Assembly (NCBI GenBank): GCA_963851265.1
Contig: CAWKNZ010000002.1
Span: forward strand, 416,001 to 480,000
Direction: 5' to 3'
DNA: 64,000 bases
From: an uncultured Gemmatimonadales bacterium
GTDB taxonomy: Bacteria; Gemmatimonadota; Gemmatimonadetes; Gemmatimonadales; Gemmatimonadaceae
The notes beneath the pieces were generated by a model. The model was not told the origin of the DNA. It did no database searches and was given only the letters and a program-made list of their open reading frames with translations. Made by a program: the position numbers and the translations under genes. Positions 1 through 9,885 of the stretch are shown here, one piece after another; within the stretch, counting starts at the first letter, position 1; each line of letters opens with the position of its first letter.

Positions 1-283
1 GGTCGGACCGCGTGCCCACGCGGAGCCGCGCCTCGCCCAGTCCCGCGCGCCGAAGGGCCGCGCGCACCAGCCCGCCGGCCGGCCCGTCCGGGCGCCAGTC
101 AAACCCGTCGTCGGCATCCGCCGGCGGCTCGGCGGCCACCGCCACCGCCGTACGCCGGGTGATCGCGAGGTTGCACACCGTGCCGCCCTCGCGGTCCGCG
201 TACGGCGGCACGTCCGTCCACCCGCCGCCGAAGTCCAGCCGGGCCGGCGCGTGCGCCACTACCCGGCGCGTCGCGTCGCGCAC
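1..283 (-). CDS. GHMP-family sugar kinase (HddA/fucokinase-like), N-terminal part; runs off the window
   Basis: Not in the ORF track. Manual translation from GTG 283 gives MRDATRRVVAHAPARLDFGGGWTDVPPYADREGGTVCNLAI, the APxRxDFxGGWTD...GGxVxNxAI N-terminal motif of GHMP sugar kinases. Confidence 0.75.
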   Translation of the reverse strand, partial: MRDATRRVVAHAPARLDFGGGWTDVPPYADREGGTVCNLAITRRTAVAVAAEPPADADDGFDWRPDGPAGGLVRAALRRAGLGEARLRVGTRSD

Positions 284-290
284 CGGCCGG

Positions 291-845
291 TCAGGAACTG
301 TGGTCGTGGACGATCTTCCACGCCCCGCCCAGACGCCGCATGACGAGCGACGTCGGCCCGCGCGCGATCGTCGAGTCACGGCCCGCGGCCGTGCGCACCG
401 AGAGCACGTAGTACGCGATCGCGTTCGCCACGTCGGGCGCGAGCAGATCGACCTCGAGCTGTTCGAAGTGCAGCCTTCCGCGCGCCGGCGCGCCCGGCGC
501 GAACCGCGGGGCGTAGGTCGCCCGGATCTCGACCGGCCCGCGGATGAGCCCCCGTCGCCCGACGAACGTCGTCCCCTCGCCGGGCGCGTACGAGCTCATG
601 AAGCCGTCGAGATCGCCCCGGTTCCACGCGTCCGCCGACGCGTCGAGCGTCGCGCGGATCTGCGTCAGCGAAGTCGAGTCGGCCGCGGCCGGCCGGCGCA
701 CGAGCCCGTGCCGGACTGGAGGCTGACCTGCCTGCGCCGCGGCCGTGCGCGCCGCGACCGCGTGCACCGCGCCCGTCACGACCAGCGCGGCGAGCAGGGC
801 CGTGCGCGGCTGCCCGCCGCAGACTTGCTGCACCACGGATACCAT
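291..845 (-). CDS. Secreted NTF2-like (DUF4440/YybH) protein
   Basis: 3' part of ORF 291..1550 from ATG 845: hydrophobic signal-like segment, AWNRGDLDGFMSSY and C-terminal WKIVHDHSS. Confidence 0.8.
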   Translation of the reverse strand: MVSVVQQVCGGQPRTALLAALVVTGAVHAVAARTAAAQAGQPPVRHGLVRRPAAADSTSLTQIRATLDASADAWNRGDLDGFMSSYAPGEGTTFVGRRGLIRGPVEIRATYAPRFAPGAPARGRLHFEQLEVDLLAPDVANAIAYYVLSVRTAAGRDSTIARGPTSLVMRRLGGAWKIVHDHSS

Positions 846-974
846 TGAGAGACACGGTTGAAGGGATGTCGGCGATCGCGCGCGCCGGGAAACGACCCGT
901 CCGGGGCGCCGCGAATCTACGTCGCGGGCATCCCGTAGCGGGCGGGTTGCAGGGCACATCGTTTGCCCCCGGAG

Positions 975-2591
975 ATGCCGATGCCGGACTTCGAGCAGTA
1001 CCTGCGCGGACGTACGCTGATCCTGCTGTCCAATCGGGAGCCGTACGAGCACGTCACGTCCGAAGGGGACGCGACCGACGCACCCACGGTGCGCCGCCCC
1101 CCGGGCGGTCTGGTCTCCGCCCTCGACCCGACCATGCAGCGCACCCAGGGCACCTGGGTCGCGTGGGGCTCCGGGTCTGCCGACCGCGACAGCGTCGACG
1201 CCGATGACCGCGTGCAGGTGCCGCCGGAGGCGCCCCGCTACGCGCTCCGCCGCGTCTGGCTCGACGCGGCCGACGTCGAGGGCTACTACCACGGCTTCGC
1301 GAACAGCGCGCTCTGGCCGCTCTGCCACATGCTCCTCCAGCACTACACGTTTCGCGAGGAGTACTGGGAACGCTACGAGGCGGTGAACGCGCGCTTCGCC
1401 GAAGCGGTCGCGGAGGAGTGCCGGCGCGCGGCGCACCCGCCCGTGGTGTGGACGCAGGACTACCACTTCGCGCTCGCGCCGGCCATGCTCCGCGAGCGGC
1501 TGACGGCCGACGGCACGGTCAGGCGCGCCTTCCTGCACCACTTCTGGCACATCCCCTTCCCGGCGCCCGACCTTTTCAACCTGCTGCCGTCACCGGCCCA
1601 GAGTGCCGTCCTCGAGGGGATGCTCGGCAACGACCTGATCGAGTTCCACACCGAACGCCACGCGATGAACTTCATGGACTGCGTCGCGACGTTCGTCGAA
1701 GGGGCCCAGGTCCGCCGCGAGCACCATTTCGTCCGCTACCAGGGGCGCACCGTGCGCGTCGGCGCATTCCCGATTTCGGTCGACGCCGCGCAGTACGAGC
1801 GACTCGCGCGCGAGGGCGCCGGGCAGGCCGCGGAGCTCCGGGCGCGGTACGCGAGTGGCGGCCGCACGCTCGCCGTCTCGGTCGACCGCATCGACTACAC
1901 GAAGGGGATCCCCGAACGGCTCCGTGCGCTCGATACGCTGTGGGCGGGCGCGCCCGACCTGCGCGAGAAACTCACCATCCTGCTCGTCGGCACCCCGTCG
2001 CGCAGCGAGATCGCCTCGTACCAGGCCATCGAGGCCGAGGTCGAGGAGCTCGTCACCGGGATCAACGAGCGCTGGGGAACGCCAGGCTGGACGCCGATCG
2101 TCTACCTGCACAAGAATGTCCCCGCCGCAGAGCTGGCCGCCATGTACCGCGCCGCCGACCTCTGCCTCGTGTCGTCGCTGCAGGACGGCATGAACCTCGT
2201 CGCGAAGGAGTTCGTCGCCTGCAACGTCGACGAGCACGGCGTCCTCGTCCTCAGCCGCCTCACCGGCGCGGCCGAGGAGATCTACGGCGCGGTGCTCATC
2301 AACCCGTTCAACGTCGACGGGTTCGTGCAGGGGCTCCGCGACGCGATCACGATGCCCGCCGCGGAGCGCCGCCGCCGTATGCGCGGCATGCGCGACCAGC
2401 TCAAGCGCGCCACGATCTTCGACTGGCTCGAGAGCATCCTCGCGCGCGTCGCGGAACTCGCGCCGCCGGCCGATGCGGTCGAGTCGACGCCGTCCCGGTC
2501 GACGGGCGCGCGTACGTCCGGCGCACTCGACGCCGCCGTCGGCGCGAACTCCGTCGGCGCAACGTCCCTCGGCGCGGGGTCGACGGTCTGA
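975..2591 (+). CDS. otsA: Trehalose-6-phosphate synthase (GT20)
   Basis: Motifs SNREP, GGLVSAL, YYHGFANSALWPLCH, QDYH, HIPFP, VDRIDYTKGI, DGMNLVAKEF. Start could be 963, 975 or 981. Confidence 0.93.
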   Translation: MPMPDFEQYLRGRTLILLSNREPYEHVTSEGDATDAPTVRRPPGGLVSALDPTMQRTQGTWVAWGSGSADRDSVDADDRVQVPPEAPRYALRRVWLDAADVEGYYHGFANSALWPLCHMLLQHYTFREEYWERYEAVNARFAEAVAEECRRAAHPPVVWTQDYHFALAPAMLRERLTADGTVRRAFLHHFWHIPFPAPDLFNLLPSPAQSAVLEGMLGNDLIEFHTERHAMNFMDCVATFVEGAQVRREHHFVRYQGRTVRVGAFPISVDAAQYERLAREGAGQAAELRARYASGGRTLAVSVDRIDYTKGIPERLRALDTLWAGAPDLREKLTILLVGTPSRSEIASYQAIEAEVEELVTGINERWGTPGWTPIVYLHKNVPAAELAAMYRAADLCLVSSLQDGMNLVAKEFVACNVDEHGVLVLSRLTGAAEEIYGAVLINPFNVDGFVQGLRDAITMPAAERRRRMRGMRDQLKRATIFDWLESILARVAELAPPADAVESTPSRSTGARTSGALDAAVGANSVGATSLGAGSTV

Positions 2592-3451
2592 CACGTCCCG
2601 ACCTGCTCGACCCGCCCGCGCGGGTCGGGCCATCGCGCCACATCCGCACGTCGGCCGCCCTGCTCGACGGCCCCGCGCGCGCGCACGCCCTGGCCGAGCT
2701 CGCCGCCACGCGGCCGCTCGCGCTCTGCCTCGACATCGACGGCACGCTCGCGCCCATCGCGCCGCGCCCCGAGGATGCCCGCACGCCGGAGGACACGCTC
2801 CAAACGCTCGAACGGCTCGCCGCACATGCGGGCGTGTGCGTCGCCCTCGTCACCGGCCGCACGCCGGTTACCGCTCGCGCGATCGTTCCCGTCCCGGGGC
2901 TCTGGATCGTCGGCAATCACGGCGCCGAGATGCTCGCCCCCGACGCGACCACGTCCGCCGTCGACCCCGACGTCGCGGCGCACGCGCCCGCGCTCGAACG
3001 ACTCGCCGCCGCACTCGCGCCGCTCGCCGCCACGCCGGGCGTGCTCGTCGAGAACAAGCGCTGGAGCCTCTCGCTCCACACGCGCCTCGCTCCGCCCGAT
3101 GCGCGCGCCGAGGTCGTCGCCCGCGCGCGTGCGCTCGGCGAGGACGCAGGGTTGCGCGTCGACGCCGGAAAGTCCGTGCTCGAGTTCAAGGCCCCGGTCG
3201 AGGTCGACAAGGGGACCGCGACGCTCGCGCTCCTCAGGCAGCTCGGCGCGCTCGACGGCGCCGCGCGCGCCTTCGCCGCCGGCGACGATGCCACCGACGA
3301 ACACCTCTTCCGCCGCCTCCGCGACGCCGCCCCGACCGCCCTCACGGTGCGCGTCGGCGACGACGTCCCGACCTGGGCCGAGTACCGCGTCGAGACCCCG
3401 AACGCGCTCGGCACCTTCTTGCGCGACCTCGCCGACGCATTAGGCGCGTGA
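2588..3451 (+). CDS. otsB: Trehalose-6-phosphate phosphatase (HAD IIB); start codon unclear
   Basis: LDIDGTLAPI, VTGR, GNHGAE, GK.VLE, DKG and GDDATDE motifs, directly after otsA. No ATG/GTG/TTG between the otsA stop and the DxD motif. Confidence 0.88.
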   Translation: MTRPDLLDPPARVGPSRHIRTSAALLDGPARAHALAELAATRPLALCLDIDGTLAPIAPRPEDARTPEDTLQTLERLAAHAGVCVALVTGRTPVTARAIVPVPGLWIVGNHGAEMLAPDATTSAVDPDVAAHAPALERLAAALAPLAATPGVLVENKRWSLSLHTRLAPPDARAEVVARARALGEDAGLRVDAGKSVLEFKAPVEVDKGTATLALLRQLGALDGAARAFAAGDDATDEHLFRRLRDAAPTALTVRVGDDVPTWAEYRVETPNALGTFLRDLADALGA

Positions 3452-3517
3452 GCGGGGCGTAGACCACCGGCGCCCGAGGTCGGGGCCGCCTGACGCCCGA
3501 TGTCCCGCGTCTGGCTG

Positions 3518-3802
3518 TCAGGCGTCCGGGGGTGAAGCGGCCCGCCCCGCCCGGCGTACCACCGCGTCGCCCTCCTCTCGCGTCATCCGGCCCACCCGCA
3601 CGAGGTAGTCGACCGCGTCGCGCGCGCTCGCCGGGTGGAGCGCGGCCAACTCCCCGGGGTCCGCGAGCACCGCGGCCAGCGCGTCGGCCAGCACTGTGGT
3701 GACCTCATCTTCGATCGCCCGGCCCCGCGCGGCCAACCGCGCCCCCTCGGCGGCGAATGCCTCCGCATCGAACGACTCGGACGATGGTTGGCGCGATGAC
3801 AT
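3518..3802 (-). CDS. Hypothetical protein (94 aa)
   Basis: ATG ORF filling the gap between otsB and the CoA transferase; natural-looking composition. Confidence 0.55.
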   Translation of the reverse strand: MSSRQPSSESFDAEAFAAEGARLAARGRAIEDEVTTVLADALAAVLADPGELAALHPASARDAVDYLVRVGRMTREEGDAVVRRAGRAASPPDA

Positions 3803-3836
3803 CGTCGGAAATAAGCGGCCCCGGCTACCCTACCGC

Positions 3837-4988
3837 ATGCTCCTCGCCGGCCTCCGCGTCCTCGACCTCTCGCGCGTCCTCGCCGGCCCGCTCTGCACGA
3901 TGATGCTCGGCGACCTCGGCGCCGACGTGCTCAAGGTCGAACGGCCCGGGGCAGGGGACGACACCCGCGGCTGGGGCCCGCCCTTCGACGCGCGAGGCGA
4001 GAGCGCCTACTTCCTCAGCGTCAATCGCAACAAGCTGAGCCTCGCGGCGGACCTGGCGCGCCCGGACGACGTCGCGCTCGTCCGCACCCTGATCGCCGAC
4101 GCCGACGTGGTCGTCGACAACTTCCGCCCGGGCCTGCTCGAACGCTCGGGGCTCGCGCCACAGGCGCTGCTCGCCGCGCATCCGGCCCTCGTCTGGTGCA
4201 CGATCTCGGGCTTCGGGGCGACCTCGCCGCGTCCGGGCTACGACTTCGTCGTGCAGGCCGAACGCGGGTGGATGGCGATCAACGGCGAGCCCGACGGCGC
4301 CCCGCTCCGCGCCGGCGTCGCGCTCGTCGACGTGGTCACGGGCAAGGACGCGGCGATCGCGATCCTCGCCGCGCTGCTCGCCCGCAGCCGCGGTCCCATG
4401 CCGGCCCACGCCCGCCACCTCCAGCCATCGCTGGCCGCGAGCGCGGCCGCTGCGCTCGTGAACGTCGCGCAGAACGCCCTCGTCACCGGACAGGAGGCGC
4501 GGCGCTGGGGCAACGCGCACCCCAACCTCGTCCCGTACCAACTCTTTGATGCGGCCGACCGCCCGATCGTGCTCGCCGTCGGCAACGACGCCCAGTGGCA
4601 GGCCTGCGCGCGCGTCCTCGACCTGGCCGCGCTCGGCGACGACCCGCGCCTCGCGACGAACGCCGGCCGGATCGCCTTCCGTCCCGAGGTCGTGTCGGCC
4701 CTGGCCGTGCGCCTCGCCGCGCGGCCTGCGCGCGATTGGCTCGAGCGGTTGGACGCCGTCGGCGTCCCGGCGGGCCTCGTCAACACCGTCCTCGAAACGC
4801 TGGCCACCGTCGACGCGTCACCGCTCACCGGCGTGGCGCCGAGCGTGCCGGGCACGGTGCGCCGCCCCCCACCCACGCTCGACGCGGATGGCGCCCGCGT
4901 GCGCGCGTACGGCTGGGCCGCCTTCAGTACGCATGAGGCTGGTGCGCCAGATCACAATCCCGCAGCAGACGGGGCGAAAACGCGCTAG
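3837..4988 (+). CDS. CaiB/BaiF family III CoA transferase
   Basis: LAGLRVLDLSRVLAGPLCTMMLGDLGADVLKVERP, VNRNKLS, DNFRPG, GYD and GNAHP..VPY motifs. Confidence 0.92.
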   Translation: MLLAGLRVLDLSRVLAGPLCTMMLGDLGADVLKVERPGAGDDTRGWGPPFDARGESAYFLSVNRNKLSLAADLARPDDVALVRTLIADADVVVDNFRPGLLERSGLAPQALLAAHPALVWCTISGFGATSPRPGYDFVVQAERGWMAINGEPDGAPLRAGVALVDVVTGKDAAIAILAALLARSRGPMPAHARHLQPSLAASAAAALVNVAQNALVTGQEARRWGNAHPNLVPYQLFDAADRPIVLAVGNDAQWQACARVLDLAALGDDPRLATNAGRIAFRPEVVSALAVRLAARPARDWLERLDAVGVPAGLVNTVLETLATVDASPLTGVAPSVPGTVRRPPPTLDADGARVRAYGWAAFSTHEAGAPDHNPAADGAKTR

Positions 4989-5110
4989 CTGCGGCGTTAC
5001 CTCCCCCCGAACGCCTCGTCCATCCTCCGAACGTCGCACCGCGATTCCGTTCGACCGGCCATTCTGGCGTTATGCTGGCCTGTCGGGCGCCGCGCCGGAG
5101 GATTAGTCTC

Positions 5111-5686
5111 TTGGCCGTGTCCACCACCACGGTACCCGGGGCGAATCTCGACCCCTCTGACGCGGACCAGCAGGTCATCACGAGCGTGCTCGCGGGCGAC
5201 CGCGACGCCTTCTCGGTTCTCATCCACCGGTACAGCGACCCGCTGTACCGGCATGCGCTGGGGATGACCGGAAGTCCGGACGTCGCGGAAGACATCCTGC
5301 AGCAGTCCTTCATCAAGGCGTACCACCACCTCGCCGAGGTGCGCGGTCGGTTCGATGCCTGGCTCTTCCGGATCGTGGCGAACGGGTGCAAGGATTGGCT
5401 CAAGAACATCCGACGCACCCACGTCAGCTACGAAGAGGACGACCAGCCGTCGAGCTACGCGACCCCGGACGAGGACCTCGACCGCAGTGAACTGCGGATG
5501 GACCTGGACCGCGCGCTGGCCACGCTCAACGCGAGCCTGCGCGAGGCCTTCGTCATGAAGCACGTCGAGGGGCGGTCGTACGAGGAGATGAGTGATCTGC
5601 TCGGCACCACCGTCGGTGCCCTCAAGATGCGCGTCCACCGCGCGCGCGAGGCGCTGCACGCCATCCTGGAGGAGAAGTACGCCTGA
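5111..5686 (+). CDS. ECF RNA polymerase sigma factor
   Basis: Region 2 (AEDILQQSFIKAY...FDAWLFRIVAN) and region 4 (EGRSYEEMSDLLGTTVGALKMRVHRAR). Start approximate (TTG 5111 or GTG 5117). Confidence 0.9.
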   Translation: MAVSTTTVPGANLDPSDADQQVITSVLAGDRDAFSVLIHRYSDPLYRHALGMTGSPDVAEDILQQSFIKAYHHLAEVRGRFDAWLFRIVANGCKDWLKNIRRTHVSYEEDDQPSSYATPDEDLDRSELRMDLDRALATLNASLREAFVMKHVEGRSYEEMSDLLGTTVGALKMRVHRAREALHAILEEKYA

Positions 5687-6051
5687 TGACGGACATGACC
5701 CCCGATCCGATCCGCTCCGAGCAGGAGCGAGTCCGCCGCCCCGATGCCGGGGTGGCCCCCACGGTTGCCCCGCGCCCCGAGACGGCCACGGACACCGATG
5801 CCGGCCCGCTGAGCGGGCACCCGGCCCCCGCCGTGCAGCAGTGGCTGGACGGCGAGCGCAGCGAGGCCGAAGCGCGCCGCGCGGCGCCGCAGGACGTCGC
5901 GCTGTGGGCGAAGGTGCAGGGCGAAACCGAGCGCCGTGGCCGCATGGTCACGCCGGCGCCGGTGCTCGAGCGCCTCATGGCCGCGATCCCCGACTCCGAG
6001 CCGAAGGGCGACGGCGTGGTGGACAAGGTCAAGAAGCTGTTCGGAAAGTGA
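5686..6051 (+). CDS. Small soluble protein, possible anti-sigma factor
   Basis: TGATG overlap with the ECF gene; QWLDGE resembles the start of anti-sigma domains. Confidence 0.6.
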   Translation: MTDMTPDPIRSEQERVRRPDAGVAPTVAPRPETATDTDAGPLSGHPAPAVQQWLDGERSEAEARRAAPQDVALWAKVQGETERRGRMVTPAPVLERLMAAIPDSEPKGDGVVDKVKKLFGK

Positions 6052-6063
6052 CCTGACGTGAAG

Positions 6064-6100
6064 CGGCGGGGGCGGCTCCTAGGAGCCGCCCCCGCCGTTT
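6064..6100. terminator. Probable bidirectional intrinsic terminator
   Basis: Perfect palindrome CGGCGGGGGCGGCTCCT/AGGAGCCGCCCCCGCCG followed by TTT, between convergent genes. Confidence 0.8.
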
Positions 6101-6114
6101 GCGTTTCACGCGGG

Positions 6115-7539
6115 TCAGATGTGAATCGCCCGTCCGAGCACCGCGAGCGCGGCCTCCTTCACCGTCTCGCTCAGCGTGGGGTGCGCGTGCACGGTGATCC
6201 CGATGTCCTCGCTCGCCCCGCGATACTCGAACGCCAGCACCACCTCGGCGATCAGGTCGCTCGCGTTCGCGCCCATCATGTGGCAGCCGAGGAGTTCGTC
6301 CGTCTCGGCGTCGGCGATGAACTTCACGAACCCGGTCGTCTCGCCCATCGTGCGCGCGCGACCGTTGGCGGAGAAGGGGAACTTGCCCGCCTTGTACTTC
6401 CGCCCTTCGGCCTTCACCTCGTGCTCCGCGTAGCCGACGGACGCGATCTCGGGCCAGGTGTAGACCACGCTCGGCATGGAGCGGTAGTGCATGTGCACCG
6501 GCTTGCCGGCGATCACCTCGGCCGCGACCGTGCCCTCCTCCTCGGCCTTGTGGGCGAGGAGCTTGCCGCCCACCACGTCGCCGATCGCGTAGACGGTGGG
6601 AATGTTGGTGCGCATCTGGCCGTCGGCGAGCACCTCGCCGCGCTTGCCTAACGCGAGGCCGAGCGCGGCCGCGTCGACGCCGCGGAGCGCCGGGCGGCGT
6701 CCCACCGAGACGAGCACGTAGTCGGCCTCGATCGTCTCGGGCGCGCCGCCGTCCTTCTCGATGGTGACCTGCACGACGTCGCCCCTGCGCTCGGCGCCGG
6801 TCACGCGCACGCCGGTCTTGAGTACGAGGCCCTGCTTCGTGAAGACGCGCGTCGCCTCCTTGACCACGTCCTCGTCCTGGCCGGGGAGGATCGTCGGCGC
6901 GAGCTCGACCACCGTGACCGTCGACCCGAGTCGCCGCCACACCGAGCCGAGCTCGAGCCCGATCACGCCCCCGCCGATCACGACGAGGCGCGCGGGCACC
7001 TCGGGGATCTTGAGCGCGCCGATGTTCGACAGCACGCGTTCCTCGTCGAAGCGCAGGAACGGCAGCTCGGACGAGACGGAGCCCGTGGCGACGACGACGT
7101 TGGCCGGCGCGTAGGTGGTGGTGGTCCCGTCGTGGCCGCGCACGTCGACGCGGTTCCTGCCCTCGCCCGCGGACACGAGCGTGCCGGTCCCCTTGGCCCA
7201 GGTGACCTTGTTCTTCTTGAAGAGGAACTCGACCCCCTTCGTGTTCGCGCCGACCACGTCGTCCTTGCGCTTCATCATCGCGCCGAGGTCGAACGTCACG
7301 CCGTCGTAGTGCACCCCGTGCTCGGCGGCGTGCAGCCGGGCGAATTCGTAGTGCTCGCTCGACTGGAGCAGCGCCTTGCTCGGGATGCAGCCGACGTTCA
7401 CGCAGGTGCCGCCTAACGTCTTGTCGCTCTCGACGCAGACCGTGGCGAGCCCGAGCTGCGCGGCGCGGATCGCGGCGACGTAGCCGCCAGGGCCGCCGCC
7501 GAGGATGAGGACGTCGCAGGGGGTGGGGGTGGTGCTCAT
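6115..7539 (-). CDS. lpdA: Dihydrolipoyl dehydrogenase (E3)
   Basis: GGGPGGY, redox motif GGTCVNVGCIPSK, GGGVIGLE and C-terminal HAHPTLSE. Confidence 0.97.
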   Translation of the reverse strand: MSTTPTPCDVLILGGGPGGYVAAIRAAQLGLATVCVESDKTLGGTCVNVGCIPSKALLQSSEHYEFARLHAAEHGVHYDGVTFDLGAMMKRKDDVVGANTKGVEFLFKKNKVTWAKGTGTLVSAGEGRNRVDVRGHDGTTTTYAPANVVVATGSVSSELPFLRFDEERVLSNIGALKIPEVPARLVVIGGGVIGLELGSVWRRLGSTVTVVELAPTILPGQDEDVVKEATRVFTKQGLVLKTGVRVTGAERRGDVVQVTIEKDGGAPETIEADYVLVSVGRRPALRGVDAAALGLALGKRGEVLADGQMRTNIPTVYAIGDVVGGKLLAHKAEEEGTVAAEVIAGKPVHMHYRSMPSVVYTWPEIASVGYAEHEVKAEGRKYKAGKFPFSANGRARTMGETTGFVKFIADAETDELLGCHMMGANASDLIAEVVLAFEYRGASEDIGITVHAHPTLSETVKEAALAVLGRAIHI

Positions 7540-7621
7540 ATGGTGCGGAAAGACCGTGTGATCGTGTCGAAATGATGGCGTCCCGAGCGGAGCGCGGAAC
7601 GCCGAACGCGGCCGGTCGCGC

Positions 7622-8488
7622 TCAGCCGCCCACCGCGCGTTCCGTCGCCGCCCACAGCGCGTCCTGCGCCGCCACGTCGTGGCTCGACCGCGACGACCTC
7701 GCCGCGCGCTCGTTCTTGTAGTACCCGCCCGTCGTCCCGCGGATCGCCGGATCGGATGCGAGATACACGCTCGTTCGCGCGCCCCGTTCGGGGCCGGGCA
7801 TGAACGGGCGCGCCGCGCGGAAGAGGAACGAGAACACCCCGGCGGTTCCCGCGCCGAATCCGCTCGCGATCGCCCCGGGGTGCAGCGCGTTGACCGAGAC
7901 GCCCGTGCCCACGAGGTCCCGCGCGAGGTGGTAGGCGAACCACAGGTTGGCCAGCTTGCTGCGCGCGTACGCGCCGAGCGCGGACCACCCGCGCTCGAGC
8001 TGGAGGTCGTCCGGGGCGTACCGGGTCGGCATCTCGTGCGCGCTCGACGACACCACGACCACGCGCGCGTCGCCGGTGGCCGCGCCCGCCGCGCGCAGCG
8101 GCGCGAGCAGTTCGCCGGTGAGCAGGTGGTAGGCGACGTGGTTGAGCGCCATCGTCGCCTCCACGCCGTCGACTTCGCGCCGTTCGCTGAACAGCGCGCC
8201 CGCGTTGTTCACGAGCACGTCCAGCTGCGGCACGCGCCCGCGCACGTCCGCCGCCAGCTGCCGCACGGCGGCCTGCCGCGACAGGTCGGCGAGGAACACC
8301 TCGGCCGACCCGCCGCGCCCCGCCGCCGCCGCGCGCGCCTCGACCTCGCGCCGCGCGTCGGCCGCGCGGGCCGCGTCGCGCCCGACGAGCAGGACGCGGA
8401 ACCCGCGCTCGGCGAGCGCGCCGGCGGTGGCACGCCCGATCCCGTTGGTCGCGCCGGTGACGAGCGCCGTGCGCGCGACGTCGGTCAC
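7622..8488 (-). CDS. Short-chain dehydrogenase/reductase (retinol dehydrogenase-like)
   Basis: [21 protein letters not shown] motifs; GTG start overlaps the sucB stop (GTGA). Confidence 0.9.
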   Translation of the reverse strand: MTDVARTALVTGATNGIGRATAGALAERGFRVLLVGRDAARAADARREVEARAAAAGRGGSAEVFLADLSRQAAVRQLAADVRGRVPQLDVLVNNAGALFSERREVDGVEATMALNHVAYHLLTGELLAPLRAAGAATGDARVVVVSSSAHEMPTRYAPDDLQLERGWSALGAYARSKLANLWFAYHLARDLVGTGVSVNALHPGAIASGFGAGTAGVFSFLFRAARPFMPGPERGARTSVYLASDPAIRGTTGGYYKNERAARSSRSSHDVAAQDALWAATERAVGG

Positions 8489-9765
8489 GCGATCAACATC
8501 GCCGCGGGGTCTTCCATCAACTCCTTCACGCGCACGAGGAACAGCACCGCCTGCTGCCCGTCGATGAGGCGGTGGTCGTACGAGAGCGCGACGTACATCA
8601 TCGGCCGGATCTCGACCTTGCCGCCCACGGCCACCGGGCGGTCCTGCGTCTTGTGCAGGCCGAGGATGCCCACCTGCGGGTAGTTGATGATCGGCGTCGA
8701 GATGAGCGAGCCGAACACGCCGCCGTTGGTGATCGTGAACGTGCCCCCCGTGAGGTCGTCCATCGTGAGCTTGCCGTCGCGGGCGCGCTTGGCGATCGCG
8801 ACGATGTCGCGGCTCACGTCGAGCACGCCCTTGGCTTGCGCGTCCTTGATGTTGGGCACCACGAGGCCGGCGTCGCTCGCGACGGCGATCCCCATGTTCA
8901 CGTAGTGGTGATAGACGATGCTGTCGCCGTCGATGGAGCCGTTGACGGCCGGGTACTGCTGCAGCGCCATCACCGCCGCCTTCACGAAGAACGGCATGAA
9001 CGACAGGCGGACGCCCTGCTCCTTCTCGACGCGCTCGCGCACCCGCTCGCGCAGCGCGGTCACGCCCGTCATGTCGATCTCGTTGAAGGTCGTCAGGTGG
9101 GCGGTCTGCTGCTGCGAGGCGAGCAGGTTCTCGGCGATGCGGCGGCGGCGCGTCGTCATCTTCTCGCGCGTCTCGCGGGCGCCGCCCGCGCCGTTGCCGG
9201 CCGCGGCCGGCGGCGCGGCGAACGCCGGCGGGGGCGTCGGCGCGGGCGGGCGCGGGGCGGCAGGTGCGGCGGGGGCCGTCGGCGTTGCCGTCGCGGCGGG
9301 TGTGGGCGCGGCCGCGATCGCCTGCACCACGTCGGGCTTGCTCACGACGCCGCCGCGGCCGGTGCCGGGCACGGTGCCGATGTTCATGCCGGCTTCGGCG
9401 GCGAGCCGCTGGGCGGCGGGCGACGCGCGCACCTCGCCGGCTGGCGCCGCGGGCGCCGAGGCCGCGGCAGGTGCGGCGGCAGGTGCCGCGGCAGGTGTGG
9501 CGGCGGGCTGCGCGGCGGCCCCGGCCTGGGCCGTCTCGTCGATTTCGGCCAGCTGTTCGTCGACGTTCACGACGTCGCCTTCCTGCCTGAGTCGCTTCGT
9601 CAGCACGCCGGCCCCGAGCGCGGGCACCTCGACGGTGATCTTGTCCGTCTCCAATTCGACGAGCGTCTCGCCCGCCGAGACCGTGTCGCCCTCGCGCTTG
9701 AGCCAGCGGGAGATCGTCGCCTCGACGATCGATTCGCCGAGCGGCGGCACCTTGATCGCGATCAT
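8485..9765 (-). CDS. sucB: 2-oxoglutarate dehydrogenase E2 (dihydrolipoyl succinyltransferase)
   Basis: Lipoyl domain [11 protein letters not shown]3-binding domain GTGRGG, catalytic [12 protein letters not shown] and SYDHRLIDG. Confidence 0.95.
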   Translation of the reverse strand: MIAIKVPPLGESIVEATISRWLKREGDTVSAGETLVELETDKITVEVPALGAGVLTKRLRQEGDVVNVDEQLAEIDETAQAGAAAQPAATPAAAPAAAPAAASAPAAPAGEVRASPAAQRLAAEAGMNIGTVPGTGRGGVVSKPDVVQAIAAAPTPAATATPTAPAAPAAPRPPAPTPPPAFAAPPAAAGNGAGGARETREKMTTRRRRIAENLLASQQQTAHLTTFNEIDMTGVTALRERVRERVEKEQGVRLSFMPFFVKAAVMALQQYPAVNGSIDGDSIVYHHYVNMGIAVASDAGLVVPNIKDAQAKGVLDVSRDIVAIAKRARDGKLTMDDLTGGTFTITNGGVFGSLISTPIINYPQVGILGLHKTQDRPVAVGGKVEIRPMMYVALSYDHRLIDGQQAVLFLVRVKELMEDPAAMLIA

Positions 9766-9885
9766 GACTGCCAGAGTGGAGTGAGCGTTGGCCGCCGGGA
9801 ACAATCGCCCGGCTGGCAGAGGTCAGCACGGGCCGGTAGCGTTCGCGGCGCAATATAGCCATCGCTTCCGGAGCTCCCTTCTCGC

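Noticed and set aside
9180..9530. Ala/Pro-rich repeats in sucB (and in the tolC N-terminus)
   Set aside because: Ordinary flexible linkers, expected for E2 subunits.
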